Position numbers and translations under genes: made by a program. From contig NC_068989.1 of the NCBI RefSeq assembly GCF_001194135.2, positions 10,965,652-11,029,651 of the forward strand: a DNA stretch of 64,000 bases, in the 5' to 3' direction. A model generated the notes under the pieces. It was not told the DNA's origin and ran no database searches. It saw only the letters and a program-made list of their open reading frames with translations. This stretch comes from Octopus bimaculoides (taxonomy: Eukaryota). Below, piece by piece: positions 25,761-37,255 of the stretch (the stretch's first letter is position 1; the number at the start of each line of letters is the position of its first letter).

Positions 25761-26499
25761 GGAAGAGAAGGAAAGAATGAGAGAAGCATTAAAACGTCTG
25801 ATGTCAAATGTGTCAGCATCAAATCAGCGATGCCAAATAGGCATCGCCACAACAGCTGTGCCAAAACATCTCGTAACATACCCAAATAAGACAAGAAGCG
25901 AGAGGGGGGAGAAAGAGATATAGCTTGCGCCTTCTGGTGCAACAGACAGAGCTGTTAACCACCGACAAAGACAGGTGGACAATAGTTCTATGTCAGCACA
26001 ACATGAAACGGAGGAGAAGCAACTGTTCTATAGAGGTGATAACTGCAGTTTACTTATAGAGCAGAGAAGTATGCGGACCATTGCTAGTTCTATGTTAACG
26101 ATAGTTTATTAATAGAGCAGGCAGAAGAGTTGGTTGTAGTGGGAAGTTAGAGTGAAATGGATATAACAGACATGGATACCATAAAATGGGACATAGCTTT
26201 TATGCTAACATAACATCCTGTACACCGAGGCAGCGGAAGACAGATGCTATGGTGGGGGTGGGTGGAAGGNNNNNNNNNNNNNNNNNNNNNNNNNNNNNNN
26301 NNNNNNNNNNNNNNNNNNNNNNNNNNNNNNNNNNNNGGGTGAGGTGGGGGGTACAGCAGAGCTAATTAGGTGATGATAAAACCCAAATATTAAGTTCTCC
26401 TGTACTGGTGGGACGAGATAGACACTGAAAGAAAACGACAACAATAAAAAACAATTTTTTTTTTTTTGACAATAAAATTACAAAACGAAACAAAATATT

Positions 26500-27330
26500 A
26501 AAACTTAAAACAACAACAAAAAATTACAATACTGACTGTAGTAGTAGTAGTAGAAATGGTGGTATGTATTGTTAATGATCACTGTAGTAGAGGTGATAGT
26601 AGCAGCAGCAATATGAATTGTTGCTGATGGTGGTGAAGAATGTTTTTGTTGTTGGTGGAGGCGGCGGTGGTGGTGGCAGCAGTACCAACAATATTTTTGT
26701 TGTTGGCAAAGATATACGGGTGCTGGTGATGTTAGTGGAGGGTCGGGGGGACGGATGATGCTGATGGAAGTATGGATGGACATAACAGTATTGCTGCTGT
26801 TGTTTGTTGACAACGGTAACCACGGTGATGATGTTTTTGTTATTGGTGGAGGTATATGTGGCACTGTTCATGTTGTTGGAAGTTTAAGCGATAATGGTGG
26901 TGGTGGTGACAGTGGAGGTACAGGTGACGGTCTTGCTATAATCGGTGATCGGTCGTATGTTTGTTACAGTCACTGCTTGCTGGTTGTTTAGCATCAGATA
27001 CACTCTAACCAAAAGGCATTCCAGCCATGACAATCTCAACTTTTCATAGACTTAGAACTTCATTGTCCAATGTCTCCATTTTCTTTTTTTAGAGTAGCAG
27101 GGTGTCATTTGAGGGAATTTTGCTGCTAGCTGCTATTTTTAGCATGATGAACCACCACAAAGTGGCACCTCCTTCATTAAATTGTTTGTTGGTAGTGGTG
27201 GTTGTGATTTGTTGTTGGTGGTGATGGTATTGGTTGTGGCAGTATGGTGGTACTTTTGTCAGTGTTGGTGTGGTGATATTGGCAGTGGTGGTGGTGGTGG
27301 TGGTGGTAGTGTTGGTGACAATTATGGTGG
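26500..27330. repeat. Degenerate (GGT)/(TGT)/(GTA) trinucleotide low-complexity region
   Basis: Read directly from the sequence. Confidence 0.8.
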
Positions 27331-27995
27331 AGTGACAGTATTTATGGAAGAGAGTTGAGAGACTATAAGAAGCAAGGGAGGAGTAGTAATTACAGGAAAG
27401 AGAGAAAGATATATATATAGAGGAAGAGAGGGAGTAAGGAAAAGAAATAGAGAGAACAGGAAGACAGAGAGAGAAGGGAAGAGGGTGAGACAGAGGACAT
27501 GAGATGAAGTAAGGAGAGAGGTGAGGGGTAAAAAAAAAACTGACATAAGAAAAGAGAGATGGGGGGAAATCATAAAGTAGTGAGTGAAGGGGAGAGAGAG
27601 AGAGAGAGACAAGGAGAGAATGAGCAAAGGAGAGAATGAGCAAAAGAGAGAAGAGACAGATAGAGATGGCAGTAGAGACAAAGAGAGAGAAGCAGTGTGT
27701 GTGTGTGTGTGTGAGAGGGGAGAGAAAGAGAGGAAAATAATGAAACAGTATGCAGCAGTGACAAAAACTGGAAAAAAACCAAAAGAGAAAGAAATGGATT
27801 AACAGCAAAGTGTGAGTGCAGACAAGACAATAAATATTGGTGAACCAATAGCTGCATGGTTAAGAAGACCACTTTGCAACCATGTAATTTCAAGTTCAGT
27901 TCCACTGTAAAGCACCATAAGTGTCTCTTCTACTATAGCCCCCAGGCCAACCAATGCCATGTCAATGAATTTGATAGACAGAATCTCTGCAAAAA

Positions 27996-28218
27996 GGCGG
28001 CGAGCTGGCAGAAACGTTAGCACGCCGGGCGAAATGCTTAGTGGTATTTCGTCTGCCGTTACGTTCTGAGTTCAAATTCCGCCGAGGTCGATTTTGCCTT
28101 TCATCCTTTCGGGGGTCGATAAATTAAGTACTAGTTATGCACTGGAGTCAATGTAATCGACTTAATCCCCTTGTTTGTCCCTTCTATGTTTAGCCCCTTG
28201 TGGGCAATAAAGAAATAA
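27996..28218 (+). mobile_element. Meta-domain-like SINE copy
   Basis: Homologous to 11062-11277 and 37021-37255. Confidence 0.85.
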
Positions 28219-28937
28219 GAAACACTGCGAAAATCAATCTCACTCACACACATCAACATCATCGTTTAACATCTGCCTTCCATACTAGCGTGGGTGGGAT
28301 GGTTTCACAAGAGCCAGCCAGGCAGAAGCCTACACCAGACTTCTGTGACTGTTTTGGCAAGGTTCTTACAGCTGGATGCCCTTCCTAACACTAACCACTT
28401 TCCAGTGTGTACTGGGTGCTTTTAAGTGGCACCTACACTGACAGGGTCACCAAGTACTTGCAAAAGGATGAAAAGCAAAGTTTCACCTCGGCAGCATTTG
28501 AACTCAGAACATAAAGACAGAAAAAAATGCTGTTAAGCATTTTGTCCAGCAATGCTAACAATTCTGCCAACTCACCACCTTAATAAACAATAACAACAAC
28601 TATGATTTCTAAAAACAGCCAAAAGAGAAAGTTTAATAAAATGAAATACTTGGTCAGTACTTATTTTATCAATCCCTGGAATAATCTAATGTCAAATTGA
28701 CATTAGAACATTCTTTCATTCTTTGACATGTTTCAGTCGTTTAACTGTGACCATGCTGGAGCACTGCCATGAAGGGTTTTACTCGAACAAATAAACCCCA
28801 GAACTTTCTTCTTTTTTTAAACCTAGTACTTATTCTATCGGTCACTTTCACCAAACTGCCGAGTTACGGGGACATAAACACACCAGCACCGGTTGTCAAG
28901 TGGAGACAAATACAGACACACACACATAGATACATAC

Positions 28938-28970
<33 letters not shown>

Positions 28971-29477
28971 NNNNNNNNNNNNNNNNNNNNNNNNNNNNNN
29001 NNNNNNNNNNNNNNNNNNNNNNNNNCAAGTCTTTGGTCAGCCCGAGGCTATAGTAGAAGACACTTGCCCAAGGTGCCACACAGTGGGACTGAACCCGGAA
29101 CCATGTGGTTGGGAAGCAAGCTTATTTCTTTATAGCTCACAAGGGGCTACACACAGAGGGGACAAACAAGGACAGACAAACGGATTAAGTCAATTATATC
29201 GACCCCAGTGCGTAACTGGTACTTATTTAATCAACCCCGAAAGGATGAAAGGCAAAGTTGACCTTGGCAGAATTTGAACTCAGAACATAACGGCAGACGA
29301 AATACCGCTAAGCATTTCACCCTGCGTGCTAACGTTTCTGCTAGCTTCTTACCACACAGCCACACCTGCACCATAGAGAGATAAATAAATAAAAGGCATT
29401 TCATTTAAGAGTCTGCTACACACCGAGAACATTAATAAACACAGCATGCACCAAACATTTACACTGAAATTACTCAC

Positions 29478-29641
29478 CCCATTTTGCATGTGAGAATTAT
29501 ATCTTTCCATCCATCGTTGTTAAAGTCTCCAATAACAAGGGGAGCAGTTGGATGGCAAGGTGTGGAATGAGAAGCAAGGATGGTACCTTCCTTCAGATCG
29601 AGCAATGTGAGCCGTTTCCACCCAGCAAATACGAGGGCATC
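29478..29641 (-). CDS. FG-GAP repeat membrane protein exon containing the FG-GAP-type motif IGDFNNDGWKDIILT
   Basis: ttctgcag acceptor, gtgagt donor; DALVFAGWKRLTLLDLKEGTILASHSTPCHPTAPLVIGDFNNDGWKDIILTCKM; phase 0 to 2. Confidence 0.92.
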
Positions 29642-29782
29642 CTGCAGAAAGAAAAACAAAAATTAAGTAAAAGTGAAGGACAATTCGAAAGAAGGCATTA
29701 CATTTTTGAACTAGAAAAGCAATCGGATGGCGTAGACCTCTGCCAAGCTCGTTTTAAGATAGATATGCGAGTAAAATTACTT

Positions 29783-30150
29783 GGCTGTGTGGTAAGTAGC
29801 TTGCTTACCAACCACATGGTTCTGGGTTCAGTCCCACTGCGTGGCACCTTGGGCAAGTGTCTTCTACTATAGCCTCTAGCCGACCAAAGTCTTGTGAGTG
29901 GATTTGGTAGACGGAAACTGAAAGAAGCCAGTCGTATATATGTATGTGTGTGTATATGTTTGTCCCCACCAACATCGCTTGACAACAGATGCTGGTGTGT
30001 TTACGTCCCTGTAACTTAGCAGTTCGGCAAAAGAGACCAATAGAATAAGTACTAGGTTTCCAAAGAATAAGTCCTGGGGTCGATATGCTCGACTAAAGGC
30101 GGTGCTCCAGCATGGCCACAGTCAAATGACTGAAACAAGTAAAAGAGTAA
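29783..30150 (+). mobile_element. tRNA-derived SINE copy
   Basis: Homologous to 14168-14820. Confidence 0.85.
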
Positions 30151-30375
30151 TAGAGAAACGAAAATAAACTTTGGAAACAGCAACGCCACCATAGGTTACA
30201 TCCCCCACAACTTAGCAGTTCAACAAAAGAGACCAACAGAATAAGTACAAGCCTTAAAATTAAGTACTGGTATCAATTTGTTCAACTAAATCCTTCTAAG
30301 CAGTGCCCCAGCATGGCTGCAGTCCAATGACTGAAACAAGTATAAAAGGTGAAAAATGTAAACAATATATCTTAC

Positions 30376-30516
30376 CTTGGTCCCATAGACTTGCAGAGAG
30401 AGGGACTGATAATTTGGTAGGAATGATTTTGTATAAACCGTCCAGCGCTCTGTGTCTGAAACTTTATCCTTTAGTGCAGCCCGACCTTCTTCAAACCAAG
30501 ACGATGAAGTCTGCGT
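30376..30516 (-). CDS. FG-GAP repeat membrane protein exon
   Basis: tttacag acceptor, gtaag donor; TQTSSSWFEEGRAALKDKVSDTERWTVYTKSFLPNYQSLSLQVYGTK; 141 nt, phase 0 to 0. Confidence 0.85.
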
Positions 30517-31767
30517 CTGTAAACATCAAGATTTTCATACATATATATATATATATATATATGTTATATAACTATATTTAATACATAAAACATTTTAAGT
30601 ATATATAGTTGTGTGCATATATATATATATCATCATCATTTAACGTTTGCCTTATAACAACTTAATACACATTATGAAAGAACTACTAACGATTTCATAC
30701 TTTTACAATATTTTAAATGAGTGGGTATGGTGACGAGCTGGCAGAAGTGTTAGCATGCTTGACAAAAGCTTAGTGGTATTTCATCTGTCTTTGCATTCTG
30801 AGTTCAAATTCCACCGAGGTCGACTTTGCCTTTCATCCTTTCGGAGTCGATGAATTAAGTACCAGTTGCATACTGGGGTTGATCTAATTGACTGGCCCCT
30901 CCCTAAAAATTTCAGACCTTGTGCCTAGAGTAGAAAAGAATATTTTAAATGGATATGGTGGCGTGCTGGCAGAAATGTTAGCATGCCAGGCGAAATGCTT
31001 AGCGATATTTTGTCTGTCTTTACGTTCTGAGTTCAAACTCTGCCGAGGTCGACTTTGCCTTGCATCCTATCGGGGTCGATGAATACTCTGGTGCAGGCTC
31101 ATACCAGCCCAGTTACTTTCAAACCATCCAACCCACACCAGAATGAACGGCAGATGTTAAACTATGGTAATATATATATATATGTATATATAATAGGCAT
31201 ATACACACTATATATATATGTATCCCAGTGTAGATATGGTAATATATGCTCTCTCTCTCTCTCTCTCTCTGCACACATGCAAATGCATGAATGCATTTAT
31301 TTTGATATATAAAAGATGTCATCTTTTTCATATCTTATTGCTTAAGGCCAGTTGTTCTCAAACTTTACTTGTGATGCACTTCAGAACAAGCAAACATATT
31401 TCACTGCAAATTAGTGATAAAATACAATAAGAATTTATATATTTTAGCCTAAGAATATATATAATTAAAATTATTTACTTCATCTCTGCTTCTTCATTAA
31501 ATAAGTGAAGCATAATTATCAAGATTTTTCCCCTATTTTAAATTTCAGTTCGTCTTCACATTTTTTTTTTTTTTCTGTATAGTTTAAAAATGTTTTACAG
31601 TACACCTAGATACAATTATGACGCAATGTTTTGGAAACTACATGATTCAGCCATCTTTAGTAGACTGAATTTGTTCAACTACACCCTACAATTCTATATT
31701 TAAGAAATGAGGAATTATGTACATTATTTACATTTGACGGATATTTGTCCTCAACTTGTTTGTTGTT

Positions 31768-31813
31768 AACACAACGTTTCGGCTAATATATCCTCCAGGC
31801 TTCATCAGGTGTC
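31768..31813 (-). ncRNA. Minimal type-I hammerhead ribozyme motif
   Basis: GACAC-CTGATGA-A-GCCTG-N10-TAGCC-GAAA-CG-TT-GTGTT; palindromic helix III AACGTT; one mismatch in helix II. Confidence 0.6.
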
Positions 31814-32071
31814 TTGGGAAAACTTTGAACCTGGGTTCTCATTCCTAAGGTCTTTTTCGATGTTATCATTATTATTATTATTATTATTCAGAATACTGCC
31901 TGGAATCAAACTCGGAATTTTGGGCTTAGTATAATAATAATAGGTGTAGTGGTTAAGAGCACGGGCTACTAACCCCAAGATTCCGAGTTCGATTCCAGGC
32001 AGTGACTATAATAATAATAATAACATCGAAAAATAGCTTAGGAATGAGAACCCAGGTTCAAAATTTCCCAA

Positions 32072-32117
32072 GACACCTGATGAAGGCTGGAGGGTATATC
32101 AGCCGAAATGTTGTGTT
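32072..32117 (+). ncRNA. Minimal type-I hammerhead ribozyme motif
   Basis: GACAC-CTGATGA-A-GGCTG-N10-CAGCC-GAAA-TG-TT-GTGTT; perfect helix II; C>T change in helix III. Confidence 0.6.
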
Positions 32118-32295
32118 AACAACAAACAAGATGAGGACAAATATCTGTCAAATGTAAATACTGTAAATAATGTACACCCTACAAAATGGTGCCCAGCATG
32201 GCCACATTCCAATGACTGAAACAAGTAAAATGATAAAAAAAAAATACAGAGAATAATCATTTTAACCATTTTTGCTGTTTGTTGGTTGACCTTAC

Positions 32296-32434
32296 CTGCC
32301 ATTGGTAGACTCCATCTGAAGAATGAGAAGTCACTCTACCAGAACTGGACACGGTCACAATATCATAGGCTACTTTATTGGTCGGTAACCTGTGTCCCAT
32401 CAAATGCTGAAGAATACCAGATTTTTTGGCCACA
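32296..32434 (-). CDS. FG-GAP repeat membrane protein exon
   Basis: ttgtag acceptor, gtaag donor; (S)VAKKSGILQHLMGHRLPTNKVAYDIVTVSSSGRVTSHSSDGVYQWQ; phase 2 to 0. Confidence 0.88.
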
Positions 32435-33070
32435 CTACAAATATAAACAAATAGTTATAAAAATGCAGATGCATTAGTAAATATACGAGTATAACAAAAT
32501 AAAAGTTGGACAGGTTCTTGTAAGGCATCGAGTTATTTATAGCATATTCATACAGAAAAGAATATAAAAATATACAAATTAACAGAAAACCAAGAGAATT
32601 CAGAGAGTGGAAGTTCATAATGATTCCTCATAGACAGGTACAAATCCAGGAAGTTCATACAATAAGGTTGTTGATGAGAGAGAGAATTTGAGTAGTCTTT
32701 TATGTTAGTTCAACTAAGAATCCTAAGAATTATGAGTCAAAATACTGCAAGTAAAGGAGTAGGAAAAATGTAGATAGTTCTTTACAGCTGTTTCTGGGAC
32801 ATGGTGTTTATTAGAAGCAGTTATGTGTATTGTGCCTACATTTATATATATATATATATATATAAAAAAAGAGTGTTTATGATATGTCCTTTGTAATGCA
32901 TTATTACATTCCTTTTTAATTATTTAATTTGTTCAGGACAGTATGAACAATAAAGAGTATTCTGGTATCACAAAGTTTGCCTAGCAGGAACATTTCCAAA
33001 ATGAAACTATGATTCATGGAACTACTAAAGATTCATGGACTATGTTTCTGAAGAAAAAGCTGCTACAAAC

Positions 33071-33579
33071 CTTTTCACCACTATCGGAGCAAGAAATCGG
33101 TTAGCATCTTCTTCGTAACTCCAAGAACGGGACCAAAACAGTCTTTTAGTCACGCATACAGCTATCTGATTTATGCTCTCTTTCTCAGGGTAAAATCTGT
33201 GGACATCAATGTAACATGGGTTACGACCTCCAGTACCACCAGAAGAAACAGCTTCGATGCTAAAATCACCATCAAAATTCACATAGGTGGCTCCCTCTAC
33301 TGGCAGAGACAGTCTAGTTATAGGCCGTCCCGACACCAAGTTCAACACTTCAATACCAAACTGGTTGTAGATGATCACAGCATTGGGTTCAGGGATGTGG
33401 TCACTGGGGTTGTGTGGACGCTGGCCTCCATGAGCATAACCAGCTAAATGTTCAGATTCAAGAGCACTTCGGATCGGGTGAGGCCGGCTCTCGGTGTTGT
33501 CCTTGCTTTGATCGTCAAGCTGCTTTTCCATCCGTGCTGCAACAAACCTAGTATCTCTAAGGTTGTTCCAAGAATGAGG
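33071..33579 (-). CDS. FG-GAP repeat membrane protein, largest exon
   Basis: atttcag acceptor, gtttgt donor; PHSWNNLRDTRF...EPNAVIIYNQFGIEVLNLVSGRPITRLSL...NFDGDFSIE...PIVVK; 509 nt, phase 0 to 2. Confidence 0.92.
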
Positions 33580-34024
33580 CTGAAATAATGAACAGAAATC
33601 AAATGAGAATAATGATATTCCCTTCAAATACAAACTATAACAACATTAAGAACAACAAACCTACGAAGGATCTTCAACAGGGTCACTCGACCTGCTAGAA
33701 ATCGCAGCCAAATCCCTACCCCATACAGTATCAAACAGTCTTTAAAGAAAAAAAAGGACACATTAGATAATGTTATCCAAGATACACTGTCCAGAAAAGC
33801 AGACAGGATGACCACGGATGGGATGTCATGATCATAGGCTCACATAACACTTTAGTATTGAAACTGGCCATGTTAGACCCAAATATTTCACCTGTTTTAT
33901 GGTAAATCCAGCAAGATCTTACCTCTCACACCTACCCTACAATGTCATTCTGAAAATAAATGATCACATCATCGAAATCTCAAAGCTACAAGATAATAAA
34001 GCATGATTAATTGAAACACAATGT

Positions 34025-34350
34025 GAACAAGAGCACTCAGAGAGCGCAAACCTCCGCCAAGGCAACACCAACATCCTCTCAATGATTAACCGGAGATGAT
34101 TTTTAAAATGAGAATATCTGAAATAAACTTGACTGCTCTCACAAACGAGAACACTAAAAATGAACCCGACTGCTCTCAAAAATTAAGTAAAAAAAAAAAA
34201 CGGAAAAATAATCCAGAATTCTTGTCCGGCACCAAATCAATCACAAAATCTAATCAATTCGTGCCAGTCATGAGGCCAAATATCCCTGAAAGTTTTATCC
34301 AAATCCATCCAGTGGCTCTTGAGATATCTTATCCACAGACAAACAAACAA
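34025..34350. mobile_element. Putative non-autonomous Helentron-like (HINE/DINE-type) element
   Basis: aacaagagcactcagagagcgcaaacctccgccaaggc end and gaaagttttatccaaatcc...acagacaaacaaac segment resemble such elements from memory; not verified. Confidence 0.35.
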
Positions 34351-35261
34351 ATATCTACTCTTATATAATGCAGGGTAGCCATATATCTCTTCTATAGGCC
34401 TTGTCCTTCTATCATACTTTAACCTCACAACACCTGGTACAAAGCCCTTACTTAGATGAGGCAGTGGGGTTCCTTTCCCTATTCCTAGCTTGCAAGTTAT
34501 TTTATGACCTTACTAGAGAGCCATAGAAACCATGCCAAAGCTGACAAAGGAGCTTGCTGTAGCCCTGTTCACCAGATGCTGTCAAAGCATCCAACCCATG
34601 CCAGCATGGAAAACAAATGTTAGATGATGATGATGATGACAAATGTCAATGTCAAAGTAGTATCAATGAGAGGACATGCAGATACACAAACACATCTTTC
34701 ATTCATTTAGTTTACATCTGGTTTTCCATGCTAGCATGGGTTGGATGACCACATATCATTTGAGGATTTGTTCTACAGTTGGATGTCTTTCCTGTTGCTA
34801 ACCCTCACCATTTTTTCAAGTAAAGAATTTTTTTAATCAACTTGTTCTTCAAAGCAACGGTAGAGGAGGATTCTGTTGACAGGGAACATCAAGAAACAGT
34901 CACTTTTAGCCCAAAACTTTCATTTACACACACATATATATATACAAGCATATATACATACATACATAATCTAAATATATATATATATATATTATTATAT
35001 GTATTTATTTTCTCCTAGTAATAAATAACTCGGATAAAATAAATTGGTTAATAGATACCAGGGTAGCAAAGATCACAAAATAACTGTGGTGTAACTCCTG
35101 TTTATGAGGTAGAAACTCCTTGATATTTTGGGTATTTGAGTATATATAAATTTAANNNNNNNNNNCCTGTTTATGAGGTAGAAACTCCTTGATATTTTGG
35201 GTATTTGAGTATATATAAATTTAAAGAATGGAGTAAACGCATATTATAACTGCATACTTTT

Positions 35262-35347
35262 ATTCTGACATATGTTTCGAAGAATTACAATTTATGCGAT
35301 CCATAAGAATCGGCGATGTTAAAAATGTAAACTTCTCCTCAGGGAAT
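35262..35347 (-). ncRNA. Minimal type-I hammerhead ribozyme motif (second family, PLE-type)
   Basis: ATTCC-CTGAGGA-GAAG-N49-CTTC-GAAA-C-ATAT-G-TC-AGAAT; palindromic helix III ACATATGT; GUC cleavage triplet. Confidence 0.65.
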
Positions 35348-35864
35348 TGTATGGGAACCAGCTTAAACGCAAGACATTATAACCGAATATGAGAACTATA
35401 GTTGGAGAAGGTTATAACGTAATTCATTTGAAAAAACCGTTGGAGATTAGGACGCTACCAGATAGTGCATTGGACAAGAAGGGAAGAAAAGAAAAGAAAA
35501 AAAAAAGAAAAAAAGGGAAATAAAATTCAGAGTGTAGAATTGGGAGACGGTAGGATGATATAAATCCGATAAAAATTGGAGAGGAATGTTATGTAATAAA
35601 AAGGCATTATAAATGGGGTTAATATATATATATTCAACATGAATGCATCATTCAAAATACTGCCTGGATTTGCCTGGGATTATATCTAAGGGCCTATACT
35701 TTCACAGAAGTACAGACCAACCTCCATACCCTCTGGAAAAAGATGAACTGTTAACTTTATTCTCCTGTCTGTATTCTTCTATCTACTTTTAATCTTTATT
35801 CACCTATTTTATTCCTTAAAATCTGTGAATTTCCCTGTCAAGAACTTTCATTCAAACTCACCTT

Positions 35865-35940
35865 GTCTCTGATGACTGAATACCCAGAGAACAGACATGC
35901 TCGCCCATCACTTGGGATATCCCAGAAACATCTGTAAGAC
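35865..35940 (+). ncRNA. Hammerhead-like motif with non-canonical helix II
   Basis: GTCT-CTGATGA-N49-GAAA-C-ATCT-G-TA-AGAC; helix I 4 bp, helix III near-palindromic; helix II closing pair C:A. Confidence 0.35.
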
Positions 35941-36218
35941 TTCAAATTCACCTTACCCTAATTGAATTATTATAAAAGACTTGAGATATTCATCCTGCCT
36001 TGATTTTTGTTGTCCTTTTCCTCTAATATATATATATATATATATATATACACACTGATGCATGCATACATATATAGATACATACAGCAAGCTTTCATAC
36101 AGTTTTCATCAACCAAGGTTACACTAGAAGATACTTGCCTAAAATGCCATGCAGTAAGATATAACTCGAGACCACACGGTTACAAAACAATCTCCAAATC
36201 CATACATCTATGCCTAAA

Positions 36219-36265
<47 letters not shown>

Positions 36266-36375
36266 CACATATGCACAAATACATACATATTTGCATTTAT
36301 ATAATTACATATACATACATACATACATAGATAGAGATACACTCACAAAATTATACATATACATGTGTGTACATG

Positions 36376-36423
<48 letters not shown>

Positions 36424-37020
36424 CACATACTAACATATATATATATATAATATATATACATATACACACATATATGCATACTCAGTTGCATGTATATGCA
36501 TAATGCATGTATGCAGGCCAATTTATCTGCACTACAAATGCAACAGATATGCCAATACAGATAAACGATACATCCGATAAGTATTTTAATGTATCAACCA
36601 AAACACATGCCATGCTTTATAGGGCATTGCACTATGGTAAATAAAAATAAAGATAAGAGAGAAACAGTCTAAGAAGAACCTGTCGACATAGAAATGCTGA
36701 GAAGCTTTTCAAGCATCTGTTTCCAGTGTGGAACTCATCCTTTAAAATGATGAGTATCTTGAAAAGGTGGAAACAATATTTGGCTAACGTGGTTTAATTA
36801 TAATAAACTACTAACTCATACAAACAAAATTAGAAGCCAACCTTCTCAAGATTATAGTACAGAGAACCACAAAAATATTGGTTGAGGTCTCCAAAGTTAT
36901 AATGGAGTTTTTACAGGTAAATGCAGGTATGGCTGAATGATTGATAAGTTTGGTTTGCAATCATGAGATACTGGGTCCAATGCTACAGTATGTCATCTTA
37001 CAGTAAATGCATTTACTATA

Positions 37021-37255
37021 GAGGCAGCGAGTTGGCAGAAACATTAGCACCCCGGGCGAAATGCTTAGCGGTATTTCGTCTACTGTTACGTTCTGAGTTC
37101 AAATTCCACCGAGGTCGTCTTTGCCTTTCATCCTTTCAGGATCGATAAATAAAGTACCAGTCACGCACTGGGGTCAATGTAATCGACTTAATCCCTTTGT
37201 CTATCCTTGTTTGTCCCCTCTATGTTTAGCCCCTTGTGGGCAATAAATAAATAAG
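37021..37255 (+). mobile_element. Meta-domain-like SINE copy
   Basis: Homologous to 27996-28218. Confidence 0.85.

Larger units (their letters stand above)
31692..32172. mobile_element. Head-to-head inverted dimer of a tRNA-headed, hammerhead-bearing SINE
   Basis: Left arm (minus) 31692-31930, right arm (plus) 31942-32172; 12-bp TSD tacaccctacaa at 31680-31691 and 32173-32184. Confidence 0.85.

Noticed and set aside
35096-35225. Direct repeat of about 60 bp
   Set aside because: It flanks a 10-N gap; an assembly overlap artefact.
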